This document shows, one piece after another, positions 10,136-20,171 of a stretch of DNA of 64,000 nucleotides. The DNA comes from Planctomycetota bacterium. Lineage in GTDB: Bacteria > Planctomycetota > UBA1135 > UBA2386. The notes under the pieces were generated by a model. The model saw only the letters and a list, made by a program, of their open reading frames with translations. It was not told where the DNA came from and did no database searches. Position numbers and translations under genes: made by a program. The stretch covers positions 5,984,001 through 6,048,000 of the forward strand of contig JBKAGP010000001.1 in assembly GCA_046290465.1 (NCBI GenBank), in the 5' to 3' direction. The first letter of the stretch is position 1, and each line of letters starts with the position of its first letter.

Positions 10136-12259
10136 TCACCGGCAGTAGACGAGGATCTCGCCGCCGCCAGTGGGCACCTCGAACGCCCCGGAACCCGCCT
10201 CGCGCTCGGTCGCCAGCTCCCACTCGAAGTCGCCCGGGTACAGGTCGAGGCGCCACTTAGAACAGTCTCCTCCCTTGGTCTCGACCACGATGGTCTTGCC
10301 TGCCTGACGCAGCGACAGCGTCGCTTCTCCATATGGCTGCCGCAGCCCTTCGATGCGCAGGGTCGTCTCCGTTGCGCTTCGTTGCGGCATCGACAGCGCG
10401 CCGCTGTGTCCTGCAGCCACCCGCATGCGATGGACGTGAGGTGCGACGCCTCTGCCGAACCACGCGAACTCGTACTCGCCGACGGACAGCTCGCCGAGAT
10501 CCCAATGCGCACGCTCCCGGTCGCGGGCCAGCATGATCCAGGTGTCCTGCGAAGCCTGCCGCAGACCGAGCAGGCAGCGGCTGCCTGCGATGCTGTCGCC
10601 GTCGACGACCATCCGGCACGACACCGTCTGCGGCAGTTCCCAGTAATAGGAGCTGACGCCCAACGGCTGCACCGTGGTCTCGGCGCGATACGGCAGGTGC
10701 CAGTCCGAGACGCTGATCTCGCAGGTGTAGGTGCCCGGCGGAATCGACGTGATGTCGCAGACCCCGTCGACGACCGAGCCGGTGAACACGCGGTTGCTGC
10801 CGTCGACCTCGGTAAGCCGGACCGGCCACGCCCCTTCGCAGGCGCCGCCCCCGCTCGAACGAACGTCGAGGTGCAGCGCCCCACTGGGCAGCTCTGCTGC
10901 CGAGACGACGATGCGCGCATACGTGCGCGGATGTGCCTGCACGGTCTTCAGGGTGCGTTCGAAGCCAGCGTGGGTGCGCACGACGACACGCAGTTCCAGC
11001 GCCCGTGCCGGCACGTTGCCGAACCGGAACGTGCCCAGTGGCCCGATGACGGCCGGTGCACGGGCGCCGGCGCCGTGCAGCAGGACGAACGTGGTGCCGA
11101 TCTCCGCAGGCACGCCCTGGACTTCGCCGGTGAGGGAATCGGTCGCTTCGATCTCCCATGTGTGTTGCACGACCTTGCCAGGGATCTCGGTTTCGGCCCA
11201 CGGCCCCCCGTCCGCCAGCAGAACCCTGACGGGGTCCTTGGCCACGTCGCGCAGGCGCGCCCGGCCCGCCGCGACGAGGGCGCTGCGCTCGACCGTCCCG
11301 TGCCAGGTCACCTTGCCCTGCGCAACCGGGCCGTCGCCCTGGACCGACAGCGAGATGTCGATACTGCGGGCCTGCTGGAGCACGATCCTGGCACCGTGCA
11401 TGTCGCGGCTGTCGCCGGCGACCATGCCGTCCCGGTCGGCGACCCAACGCTGCCATCCATCGGGAACGCGCAGCAGAGCCTCGCCGTGTTCGTCGGTCAG
11501 GCCACGGTCGCGCACCCTGCCCTGGTCGTCGATCGCGTCGACGACCGCGTCCGCAACGGGGTGGCCGGTCGCCGTCTCGACGTGGACCGATACCGCCTTG
11601 TGCAGAGGTGCCAAGCCGGCCACGTTCGTGCCGTTGCTCCAGTCGCTGACCTTGCCCGCCTCGCGATAGACCGCCCGGACCAACGCCGCCGGGTCGACGG
11701 TCACGGCAGCGAGCTGTGGGTTCTGCAGCGACTCGGCGACGCGGAACACCCAGTCGGCCGGGCTGACCGAGCGGGTGAGCAGTTCGCATCCTTCGGTGCC
11801 CGCATGCTCGATCGAGACGGCGTTGTCCGGGAGGGGGCGCAACCGGACCGAGGTCTTGCGACTGCCGATCACCAGCGGTGGACGACGATCGCTGAACAGC
11901 ACGGCTGCCTCGCCGAACGCCGGATCCCAGGCGATCACGGCGTTCTCGGCGTTGGCCGGGATCACGATGTGTCGGCGAACGCGGAAGTCCGCAGTTGCGA
12001 TGCCGCACGCCTCGTCGAAGCCTTGTTCGCTTCGCGTGACCCGATACTCGATGAGGTCCTCGTCGTTGCGGCGTGTGATCGGCGTCGAGCCGGTTTCCGG
12101 CGTCGGCGCCGTGCCGTCGCCGCTCGCTGGACCAGCAGGCTGCTGGGGGGTGTCCGGGGTCGGACCCGTGGTGGGGGCTCCGGAACTCCAGTACCAGAGG
12201 CCTGCCACGACCGCCGCGAGGCAGGCGACGGCAAGCACGAGCAGCCTTGCGTTCTGCAT
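10136..12259 (-). CDS. Hypothetical membrane-anchored protein with carboxypeptidase-regulatory-like beta-sandwich repeats
   Basis: N-terminal TM (LLVLAVACLAAVVAGLWYW), then GHPVADAVV..TDEHGEA, GTFRFGNVP, IPPGTYTCEI, LSVGEYEF and LYPGDFEW. Confidence 0.6.
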   Translation of the reverse strand: MQNARLLVLAVACLAAVVAGLWYWSSGAPTTGPTPDTPQQPAGPASGDGTAPTPETGSTPITRRNDEDLIEYRVTRSEQGFDEACGIATADFRVRRHIVIPANAENAVIAWDPAFGEAAVLFSDRRPPLVIGSRKTSVRLRPLPDNAVSIEHAGTEGCELLTRSVSPADWVFRVAESLQNPQLAAVTVDPAALVRAVYREAGKVSDWSNGTNVAGLAPLHKAVSVHVETATGHPVADAVVDAIDDQGRVRDRGLTDEHGEALLRVPDGWQRWVADRDGMVAGDSRDMHGARIVLQQARSIDISLSVQGDGPVAQGKVTWHGTVERSALVAAGRARLRDVAKDPVRVLLADGGPWAETEIPGKVVQHTWEIEATDSLTGEVQGVPAEIGTTFVLLHGAGARAPAVIGPLGTFRFGNVPARALELRVVVRTHAGFERTLKTVQAHPRTYARIVVSAAELPSGALHLDVRSSGGGACEGAWPVRLTEVDGSNRVFTGSVVDGVCDITSIPPGTYTCEISVSDWHLPYRAETTVQPLGVSSYYWELPQTVSCRMVVDGDSIAGSRCLLGLRQASQDTWIMLARDRERAHWDLGELSVGEYEFAWFGRGVAPHVHRMRVAAGHSGALSMPQRSATETTLRIEGLRQPYGEATLSLRQAGKTIVVETKGGDCSKWRLDLYPGDFEWELATEREAGSGAFEVPTGGGEILVYCR

Positions 12260-12261
12260 GT

Positions 12262-13260
12262 TCAGGTTCGGTTCCTCGCCATCATGCCGACCAGCAGGCT
12301 GACGCCGACCAGCAGACTCAGGCACAGCCAGCGGCGCCAGGTCGTCGGCACGCGGGCTTCGCGCCAGACTCCTTCGGACTCGAGGACGGCCAGAAAGCGG
12401 CTCGAGCCGGTCGTGTCGACGTATTCCATCGGTGCAGCCCCCTGCCGTTCGTAATCCAGGCGATAGGTATAGTCATCGATCGCGACCATGCGAGGCCACG
12501 GTGGAGCCTCCGTCAGTCGGGACACGTCGACGAGATGCATCTCCCGCTCGAGACCGGGCTCGGCCGGGACGTGCACGCGTACGTCGGACCAGCATGGAGC
12601 ATGTGCATCCCCGGTGTCGATGCGATTGGTGTAGGCATAGGTGACGCCCGCCTGCTCGGGCACATGGGGGTTGTGCTCGATCGTCAGGCTCGCTGGCGCC
12701 AACTTCACGGCGCAGCCCTGCGAGGTGCGCACCATGGTGCCCTCGGCGGTGCCCACGGCCTCGCCCAGTACGACCGCGAGGTGGCCTCCTCCCCAGAGGA
12801 AGTGCCCGAGCTGCAGCAGCGCCCCGGCCAGAGCTGGATCGCGGTCGTGGGAGGACTGGTCTCGTCGCACACTAGCGAGTGGACGACAGCGCAGCACTTC
12901 GCCGTCCGCGTCCCAGTAGATGCCCTCCTGCACGCCACAGTCATGCCAGCCGACGGAAGGCTGCGTCAGGTCCCCGGTCCAGTTCGCGGGGTATTGGTCG
13001 GTCCACAGGGTCCATGCATCCGGCCCGGCCAACCAGAGCCGCATGTGCAGTACGCGGCCATGTGCGTTGGCATCGACGAGGGTGGTGCTCCATTCGGCAT
13101 AGGTGGCGCCGAGCTTGCGGTAGCCATCGCCGCTCCATTCCTGGGCGGAGCACGTGACGACTAGCAACCCTGGCAGAAGGCCCTGCAGGAGGCCCCGCCG
13201 AAGGCGCTGCAGAAGGCCCTGCCGCAGGTGTCGTCCGAGGTCATGAACGTGCATCGCCAC
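12262..13260 (-). CDS. Hypothetical exported protein with C-terminal TM anchor
   Basis: Signal-like LLQGLLPGLLVVTCSAQ; C-terminal WRRWLCLSLLVGVSLLVGMMARNRT; tightly packed with its neighbours. Confidence 0.55.
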   Translation of the reverse strand: MAMHVHDLGRHLRQGLLQRLRRGLLQGLLPGLLVVTCSAQEWSGDGYRKLGATYAEWSTTLVDANAHGRVLHMRLWLAGPDAWTLWTDQYPANWTGDLTQPSVGWHDCGVQEGIYWDADGEVLRCRPLASVRRDQSSHDRDPALAGALLQLGHFLWGGGHLAVVLGEAVGTAEGTMVRTSQGCAVKLAPASLTIEHNPHVPEQAGVTYAYTNRIDTGDAHAPCWSDVRVHVPAEPGLEREMHLVDVSRLTEAPPWPRMVAIDDYTYRLDYERQGAAPMEYVDTTGSSRFLAVLESEGVWREARVPTTWRRWLCLSLLVGVSLLVGMMARNRT

Positions 13261-13690
13261 TCCCTCGAACGCGTCGCAGGGCTGCGGGCGCGAGCAGCGC
13301 GACCAGCAGCAGATTGCGCCAGAGCAGCAGCGAGATGCCGTCCAACACCCGCTCGCGGCGCAGCAGCTTGCCGAAGCAGTTGCACATCGGCGCTTCGTTG
13401 ACGATCGACTCGATGACGAGCATCGCCGCGAACAGCGCCAGCAACCCGATGGCCGAGCGGGCCGTCGCGCGGCGTCGACCCGGCAGCATCACGTAGGCCA
13501 GCAGCAGGCCCCATTCCACGCTGGGCAGGAGCATCGCGATCGGCAGCTCCATCGTGTCGGGGATCGTCTGCCAGCCGGCAAGCGAATCGAGGAAGTCGTC
13601 AGCCGCATAGGCCTTCGCCAGTCCGGCGCAGCCCAGGACCGCCATGGCAAGCAGAGGGCATGCCTCGCGTAGCAGGGTCGACCACTTCAT
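13241..13690 (-). CDS. MauE/DoxX-family redox-associated membrane protein
   Basis: About 4 TM segments, AGLAKA, LPSVE, the MauE-type CxCFG motif (MCNCFG) and RNLLL. Confidence 0.85.
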   Translation of the reverse strand: MKWSTLLREACPLLAMAVLGCAGLAKAYAADDFLDSLAGWQTIPDTMELPIAMLLPSVEWGLLLAYVMLPGRRRATARSAIGLLALFAAMLVIESIVNEAPMCNCFGKLLRRERVLDGISLLLWRNLLLVALLAPAALRRVRGSGDARS

Positions 13691-13757
13691 GCAGGTCTCC
13701 GTCGAGATGGGCGGGGTGGTGGTCGGGCCGCGGGTCTGCGGCCCGATCGGCCAGCGG

Positions 13758-14240
13758 CTAGAAGCCGCCTTCCGGCTCTACCGGGTCCTCCTCGTCGGAG
13801 CCGCCGTAGTTCTCGCACTCGACGCCGAATAGCTCGTGACCCTTGCAGGTGTAGTTCGCCTGCGAGATCGGGTCGCACTGGCCGTGGACCGTGGTGCTGC
13901 ACGTGTAGCGCCACTGCGTGCACTTGCCGTCGATGCCGGAGTTCCTCCAGTCGCTCCAGCAGCCAGCTGCCCCGGTCGGGCAGTCCATCTGCCGCCAGAC
14001 GAGGTCGTTCTTGAGGGTGATGTTGGTCGCCGGATTGGCGGCCGGGCAGTACCACGGCGAGCCGAGGTTGCTGTTCACGCAGTAGGTCTTCTTGCCGGGA
14101 GTGAACCCGGAGTTCGCGGTCCCGTCACCCAAGGCGCAGCACCTTGCCTGGTAGCGCGTGTAGCACTCCGTTGCGTCGGACGCGGCCATCAACAGCATCA
14201 GCGGTACGGCCAAGAGCACGTACTTCAGCTTGCTAAGCAT
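13758..14240 (-). CDS. Secreted cysteine-rich miniprotein (160 aa, 12 Cys, acidic tail)
   Basis: RBS GAAGGAG before ATG 14240; signal peptide MLSKLKYVLLAVPLMLLMAASDA; 12 Cys; tail SDEEDPVEPEGGF. Confidence 0.8.
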   Translation of the reverse strand: MLSKLKYVLLAVPLMLLMAASDATECYTRYQARCCALGDGTANSGFTPGKKTYCVNSNLGSPWYCPAANPATNITLKNDLVWRQMDCPTGAAGCWSDWRNSGIDGKCTQWRYTCSTTVHGQCDPISQANYTCKGHELFGVECENYGGSDEEDPVEPEGGF

Positions 14241-14307
14241 CGGATCTCCTTCTTCGCAGCCGAACTTGCAGAGCCTGGGAGTCAGGCGCCATCGTCGGCG
14301 ACTCCAA

Positions 14308-14336
14308 GTTCTACGTATTACACCTGGCGATGTCAG
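14308..14336 (-). promoter_or_regulatory. Putative sigma-70-type promoter for the Cys-rich/MauE operon
   Basis: Minus strand CTGACA-N17-TAGAAC about 70 nt upstream of ATG 14240. Confidence 0.4.
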
Positions 14337-14459
14337 GGGGGTAGGTACGAACATTCCGTCGGATCGCGCTCACGGGCCACGGCCAGCCATTGCCAGCTCG
14401 CCCCAAGAGGTGAGAAGTCAGCCCCTTGGGTGCAGGCGGTCAGGCGCCGATCCGGGCTC

Positions 14460-15860
14460 TCAGAGGTCGTCGACCGATCCGGTGCTGTCCGAGAACGTGT
14501 CGGTCTCGACCCCGAGCCGCTGCAGCATCGTCACGAACAGGTTCGACAGCGGCAGGTCGTCGTAGTCGAACTCGCGCTGCCACGGTTCGGTGCCGCCGCT
14601 CCATGAGCCGCCGAAGACGTTCTCGCCGGCATAGTTCAGGTAGCGGCCGTGGCGCAGGCCGAGGGCGTCGCCGCCGAACAGGATCAGCGGGTAGTTGCGC
14701 GACAGGTGGAACGCGCTCGATGCCGAGCCGAACAGCACCAGCGTGTTGTCGAGCATCTTGCCGTCGCCGCCGGCCTCGGGCGTCGTGCGCAGCTGGTCGA
14801 GGAAGCGATGCAGCTCCTCGCACAAGAACCGGCAGTAGAGGCCGAAGTTCTTCCAGCCGCCCGGCTTCTTGGTCTCGTGCGACAGCTGGTGCGCGAGCGG
14901 GAAGCCGATCGCGCGCGACAGGTAGTCGCTGATGCCGACGCTGTTCTCACGGCCGATCTGGTAGGTCACGACGCGCGTCGAGTCGGTGCGCAGCGCCAGG
15001 AACATCAGCCCGAACATCGCCTGCAGGTAGTTGCGCGAGTCCTCGGGGCCGACCTCCAGCTGCAGGTCGTGCCGTTCGATCGTCGGCAGCGGCGTCGACA
15101 CCCAGTGGCGCGCCTTCTGCACCTTGAGCTCGGTGGTGCGCACAGCGTCGAGGTACTCGTCGAGCGACGCCTTGTCGTGGCCGCTGAGCCGGCGCCGCAG
15201 CGCGCGCGCGTCCTCGAGCAGGTCGTCGAGCGCCGATTCGTCGAGCGCCAACCGGCGGGCGGCGTCCTCGTCGCTGGTGACGAACAGCGCGTCGAAGATC
15301 TTCTTCGGCTTGTGTGCGGCGGGGATCGCGCGGCCCTTGCGATCGAACGACAGCGTATGGGCGCCGCGGGCAGTGCCGGTGCCGCCGTCGGTCGACATCA
15401 CCAGCGACGAGAAGCGCGTCTGGTGGCCGACGTGCGACGCGAACTCCTGGTCGAGCGAGATCGAGTTCTTGTAGTCGTCGCGCGCGCCGGTGTCGGCGCC
15501 GGTCAGGAACTGGTCGGCGTTCGAGTGGCCGTGCACGGCGCGCACGCGCGGGTGCGACAGGCCGGAAAGGATCGTCATCCGTTCGCGCAGGTCGGCGAGC
15601 GGCTCGAGGCATCTGGTCAGCCGGTAGTCGCGGCCGTTGCCGTGCGGGAACCAGGACCAGTCCTCGTGGGCCGGATCCTGCGGCAGCGGCATCGGCACCC
15701 CGTCGGGCTGGTAGGCGCAGACCAGCCGCTTCGGCCGGTCGCGGCGCGGGTCGGTGGCGGCCGCAGACGCCAGCACGCCGAACGACTCGAACGCCGGCAG
15801 CGCCAGCGCCGCGGCGCTGCCGCGCAGGAACCTGCGGCGATCCAACGTGTCGATCCTCAT
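14460..15860 (-). CDS. DUF1552 domain protein
   Basis: Tat-like RRRFLRG, ALALPAFES, PKRLV, ISLDQ, TDSTRVVT, MLDNTLVLFGS, NYPLILFGG, LSNLFVTML. Confidence 0.9.
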   Translation of the reverse strand: MRIDTLDRRRFLRGSAAALALPAFESFGVLASAAATDPRRDRPKRLVCAYQPDGVPMPLPQDPAHEDWSWFPHGNGRDYRLTRCLEPLADLRERMTILSGLSHPRVRAVHGHSNADQFLTGADTGARDDYKNSISLDQEFASHVGHQTRFSSLVMSTDGGTGTARGAHTLSFDRKGRAIPAAHKPKKIFDALFVTSDEDAARRLALDESALDDLLEDARALRRRLSGHDKASLDEYLDAVRTTELKVQKARHWVSTPLPTIERHDLQLEVGPEDSRNYLQAMFGLMFLALRTDSTRVVTYQIGRENSVGISDYLSRAIGFPLAHQLSHETKKPGGWKNFGLYCRFLCEELHRFLDQLRTTPEAGGDGKMLDNTLVLFGSASSAFHLSRNYPLILFGGDALGLRHGRYLNYAGENVFGGSWSGGTEPWQREFDYDDLPLSNLFVTMLQRLGVETDTFSDSTGSVDDL

Positions 15861-15871
15861 GTCGCGTGGCC

Positions 15872-18523
15872 TCATCGGTTGCAGAACAGTTCGCTGCGCG
15901 CGATCGCGCGGATCATGGTAGCAAGGCCGTCGCCGCGCATCCGCACCTCGGCGGTGATCTCGTCGATCGCGGCGCGGTCGGAGAACGCCAGCGGCCGGCC
16001 GAGCGCGAAGGTGGTCAGCTTGCGCACCAGTGCGCGCACCAGCTGGTCCTGTCGGTGCAGCAGCAGGAATCGCTTCAGCCCGTCCATGCCGTCGAGCTTC
16101 TGGTCGTTGAACAGCACGCCGACGGCGTCGACGGGCTTGCCGCCGATCGCGTCGCGCCAGCTGCCGACCGCGTCGTAGTTCTCGAACGCGATGCCCCACG
16201 GGTCGATCTTCTGGTGGCACGAACGGCAGGCGGCCTGGTTGCGGTGGTCCTCGATGCGCTCCTTCAGCGTCATCTGCGCGATGCGCGGATCGGCCAGGTC
16301 GATCTCCGGGACGGCCGCCGGTGGCGGCGGCGGCGGGTCGTCGAGCAGCCGTTCGAGCATCCAGATGCCGCGCTTCAGCGGGTGCGAGTCCTTGCCGTCG
16401 CTGTTCATCGCCAACAGCCCCGCCTGTGTCAGCAGCCCGCCGCGCCGCCGCGCGTCGTCGAGCGGCACGCGCCGCAGCTCGTTGCCGATCACGGCGTCGG
16501 TGCCGTAGTGGCGCGCCAGCCGTTCGTTGGCCATCGCGAAGTCCGAGTGCACGAAGTCGAGCACGCTCGCATCGGAGCGCAACAGCTCCTCGAAGAACGC
16601 GATCGGCTCGCGCTGCATCGCGTCGTGCAGCGACGCGTCGAACGACGGATGCGCCTTGCGGTCGATGTCGACGTAGTCGAGCAGCGCGAGATTGAGCCAC
16701 TGGCGCACGAACCGGTACGAGAACCGCGCCGCCTTCGGCGAGGCCAGCATGCGGGTGACCTGCTCGTCGACGCGCCGCGGATCGCGCAGGCCGCCGTCGC
16801 GCGCCGCCCGCAGCAGCGGTTCGTCCGGCGTGCTGCACCACAAGAACGTCGCCAGCCGCGTCGCCAGTTCGTGGTCGGCGAGCGCGCGCTCCGGCGACGG
16901 GGCCGACAGGTAGAGGAAGTTGGGCGAGGCCAGCGCCGAGGCGAACACCTCGACCAGGGCGCCTTCGGCGTCGTCGCAGCGGGGGCGCAGCCGGTCGAAC
17001 AGGCGGAGCTTGCGGTCGAGTTCGTCGCGGCTCGGAGCCCGCCGCCAGGCGCGCGCCAGGAACCGTCGCAGCGTGCGTTCGGCGTAGGCGCGTTCTGCGA
17101 CGTCGGCAGCGCGAACCGGCAGCAAGGCGCGGTGGCTCGGCGGCGGCCAGCTCCGGTAGGCAGGCGCGGTCACCTCGACGTGTTCGACCAGCAGCGCGTC
17201 GCCGGCGAGCGCCGCGTTGTCGATGCGCAAGTACTCGGACGGGTTGGGCAGGTCGCCCATCTTGTTGACGCCGCGCACCAGGTTGCGCGGATAGATGCTC
17301 GGGATCGGGATCTGCCACTCGAACCAGCGTGCGGCGCCCGGGGCGGCGTCGACGACCACGTCGCGTTCGCTCAGCACCGAGTGGGCTCGCGAGTCGTTGC
17401 TAGCCTGCCAGCCGTAGACGAGCCGGATGCGCGGCGGGCGGTCGCGATCGTCGCCGACGCGCGCGGCGCGGATCCGCACCTGCAGGGTGCCGCGCTCGGG
17501 CACCCGATCGCCGAGCTCGACGCGCACGCCGCGGCCCGCCGGCACGTGCACGAACGTCGTCCCGAGCGCCGGCGGCGGACCGAGTTCGTGCGTCGGCGCC
17601 CACGCGAACCGGCCGCCGTTGTAGCCCCAGCGGGTGCGCGCCTGCCGGCCGGTCGCGCCGTCGACGTAGTGGCTCGTGCGGGCGCCGGGTCGCTGGTTGC
17701 GGTCGAACTTCGCCAACTGCCTGGCGAGTTCCTCCGGGTCGGCCGCGTGCTGCTTCTCGAGTTTGCCGCGCTGCGCGTCCTGGTGACGGAACTCGCGCGC
17801 CGCGGCGTCCCGCATCGACACCGACCAGCGCAGCGGCGCGGGCCGTTCGCCGGTCACGGTCGCCAGCCGCAGCGCCTTGCGCGCCGCGTCGAGGTAGCCA
17901 CGAAACTCGACCGACGAGACGTGCAGCACCTCGGACGAGTTCTGGAAGCCGTCCTCGGAGATCGGGTCCGGCGGCAGGTCCTCGGTGAAGTCGTAGGCGA
18001 CGCCGAGCAGGTCCTGCAGCGCGTAGCTGAACTCGTAGCTGGTCATGCGCCGGAACGACGAGTGCTCGGAGGTCGCGCGGCGCGCCCGGGACGCGCGCTG
18101 GCTCTCGGTCGACAGCCAGTCGACCAGCCGAGCCTGGTCGGCATCCGCCAGCGGCGGCTCGTCCTCCGGCGGCATCTCCCCGTTGCTGACCGCGGCCAGC
18201 ACGTCGAGCCACCAGTCGACGTCGGTGCCCGCAAACAGGTCGGGATCGAGCGTGTCGAGGCGGAGGTCCCCCTTCTGCCGCTTCGGTCCGTGGCAGCGGA
18301 AGCAGCCGTTCTCGAGGATCGGTCGGATCTGCTGCGCGAACGTATCGAGATCGGCGACCGGCGCGTTTTCGGTGGCGGGCTGCTGCCCGCGATCGCGATA
18401 GGACGAGCGGGCGGCACCCTGCCGCTTCAGCTCGGCCCAGCCGGGTTGCTGGGCCTGGATGGTGCCGGCCAGCAGCAGGCTGGCGGCGCCGGCGAGGACG
18501 CGGACGAACGACGGGTTGGGCAT
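15872..18523 (-). CDS. DUF1592/DUF1588 (PSD-domain) protein with planctomycete cytochrome c domain
   Basis: CFRCHG..KGDLRLD, GEMPP, RRMTSYEF, LASPNFLY, ELATRLATFLW, RGGLLTQA, HPLKRGIW, CRSCH..IDPWG..FENYD. Confidence 0.92.
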   Translation of the reverse strand: MPNPSFVRVLAGAASLLLAGTIQAQQPGWAELKRQGAARSSYRDRGQQPATENAPVADLDTFAQQIRPILENGCFRCHGPKRQKGDLRLDTLDPDLFAGTDVDWWLDVLAAVSNGEMPPEDEPPLADADQARLVDWLSTESQRASRARRATSEHSSFRRMTSYEFSYALQDLLGVAYDFTEDLPPDPISEDGFQNSSEVLHVSSVEFRGYLDAARKALRLATVTGERPAPLRWSVSMRDAAAREFRHQDAQRGKLEKQHAADPEELARQLAKFDRNQRPGARTSHYVDGATGRQARTRWGYNGGRFAWAPTHELGPPPALGTTFVHVPAGRGVRVELGDRVPERGTLQVRIRAARVGDDRDRPPRIRLVYGWQASNDSRAHSVLSERDVVVDAAPGAARWFEWQIPIPSIYPRNLVRGVNKMGDLPNPSEYLRIDNAALAGDALLVEHVEVTAPAYRSWPPPSHRALLPVRAADVAERAYAERTLRRFLARAWRRAPSRDELDRKLRLFDRLRPRCDDAEGALVEVFASALASPNFLYLSAPSPERALADHELATRLATFLWCSTPDEPLLRAARDGGLRDPRRVDEQVTRMLASPKAARFSYRFVRQWLNLALLDYVDIDRKAHPSFDASLHDAMQREPIAFFEELLRSDASVLDFVHSDFAMANERLARHYGTDAVIGNELRRVPLDDARRRGGLLTQAGLLAMNSDGKDSHPLKRGIWMLERLLDDPPPPPPAAVPEIDLADPRIAQMTLKERIEDHRNQAACRSCHQKIDPWGIAFENYDAVGSWRDAIGGKPVDAVGVLFNDQKLDGMDGLKRFLLLHRQDQLVRALVRKLTTFALGRPLAFSDRAAIDEITAEVRMRGDGLATMIRAIARSELFCNR

Positions 18524-18674
18524 GGTCGAGAGGGGGCGACCCGGGCGGGCGCGACGAGCATAGCAGCTGCTCGGCGTCGCGCGCGCGCGTCGGCGAGGCG
18601 GACGTGCGAAGCGCCGATCGGACCCGACGCAGGAGGCTGTCGGGACCGGGGCGCGGCGGCTAGTCTGCGTCGCA

Positions 18675-20171
18675 ATGGCGCGGAAGAATCCACCGCTCGC
18701 AGGGCGGGCAGTGCTGGCGGTCGTTCTGATGGTCGGCTTCTACCTGCTCGCTCTCGGGATCTGCGGTGTGCTAGCCTGGCTCTGCTACCTGGACACCCAG
18801 AGCGGTCGCATCCACGGCAAGCTGTGGTTGGTCGCGGCGATCACGATCGGCGCCGTGCTGTGGAGCGTGTGGCCGCGCCGCGCGGCCTTCCCGGACCCCG
18901 GCGTGCCGATGACGAAGCAGGACCAGCCCGAGCTGTGGCAGTTGGTCGAGTCGATCGCAGCTCAGTGCGACCAGGAGCCGCCGAAGCACATCTTCCTGGT
19001 GCCGGAGATCAATGCGTTCGTCGCCGAGCGCAACGGGCGCATGGGCTTCGGTGGCGAACGGATCATGGGGATCGGCCTGCCGCTGATGCAGGTGCTGACG
19101 CTGCCGCAGGTTCGCAGCGTGATCGCGCACGAGTTCGGCCACTTCCACGGTGGCGACACGCGGCTCGGGCCATTCATCTACAAGACCCGTGAGGCGATCG
19201 GCCGTACGGTCATCAACCTCACCAAGGCCGATTCGTGGCTCGGCAAGCCGTTCGAGTGGTACGGCACGCTCTACCTGCGCGCGACCTTCGGGATCTCGCG
19301 GGCCCAGGAGTTCGCCGCCGACGCGCTGTCGGTGCAACTGGTGGGCCTGGAGCCGGCGCAATCGTCACTGCGTCGCGTCAACGAGGTGGGCCCGCTCTAC
19401 GACCACTACCTCGAGCAAGAGTACTTCCCGATGCTCAACCGCGGCATCCGTCCGCCGCTCGCCGACGGGTTCGATGCGTTCCTCGAGTCCGAGACGATGC
19501 AGAAGGCGCAGGTCGAGCTCGGCGAGGGCGCGATGCAGGCCAAGGGCAACCCCTACGACAGCCACCCGCCCCTGTCCGAACGGCTTCGGGCCGCCGCCGA
19601 GGTCGAGGGCGCGGGATCCGAGACGTCCGCCGGCGCGCCTGCGATCGCGCTGCTGCACGACGTCGCCGAGGTCGAGGGCCGGTTGCTCGCATTCCTTACC
19701 GGTCGCGACGAGGTGCGAAACATCCCGGCGGCGGCGTGGACCGAGGCGGGCCGGGCGCACGCCGTCGGCTGGCACCAGTTCGCCGCCGCACAGGGCAAGA
19801 ACGTCCAGGCACTGCGCGCCGAGGAGTTCGTCGCCAGCGCGGCCGACCTCGCCTCGATCGCCAGGTCCGTCGATCGTGAGATCCCGTCCGAACATCGCAA
19901 GGACGCCGGCGCGTGGATGGTCGCCACGCTACTGGCGAGCGCGCTTGCGCGCGCGGGGTTCCAGGTGCGCACCGCGCCGGGCGATCCGTTGGACATGGTG
20001 CGAGGCGACGCGTCGTTCCGGCCGTTCGCGCTCGCGCACGAGCTGGTCGAGGGCAGTCTTGACGACGCCGACTGGCGCCGGCGCTGTGACGAGGCCGGCA
20101 TCACCGGGCTGGTGTTGTCGGGGCCGGACCTGAAGCCGTTCGCCGACGGTGAGACCAGGCTCCCGTCCTAG
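18675..20171 (+). CDS. M48-family (HtpX/Ste24-like) membrane zinc metallopeptidase
   Basis: N-terminal TMs, INAFV, IAHEFGH, SRAQEFAAD, SHPPLSERL. Confidence 0.9.
   Translation: MARKNPPLAGRAVLAVVLMVGFYLLALGICGVLAWLCYLDTQSGRIHGKLWLVAAITIGAVLWSVWPRRAAFPDPGVPMTKQDQPELWQLVESIAAQCDQEPPKHIFLVPEINAFVAERNGRMGFGGERIMGIGLPLMQVLTLPQVRSVIAHEFGHFHGGDTRLGPFIYKTREAIGRTVINLTKADSWLGKPFEWYGTLYLRATFGISRAQEFAADALSVQLVGLEPAQSSLRRVNEVGPLYDHYLEQEYFPMLNRGIRPPLADGFDAFLESETMQKAQVELGEGAMQAKGNPYDSHPPLSERLRAAAEVEGAGSETSAGAPAIALLHDVAEVEGRLLAFLTGRDEVRNIPAAAWTEAGRAHAVGWHQFAAAQGKNVQALRAEEFVASAADLASIARSVDREIPSEHRKDAGAWMVATLLASALARAGFQVRTAPGDPLDMVRGDASFRPFALAHELVEGSLDDADWRRRCDEAGITGLVLSGPDLKPFADGETRLPS

Noticed and set aside
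13241..13690. Methylamine utilisation pathway
   Set aside because: No mauA, mauB, mauD or mauG-like genes nearby, and the Cys-rich neighbour has a Sec-type rather than Tat signal.
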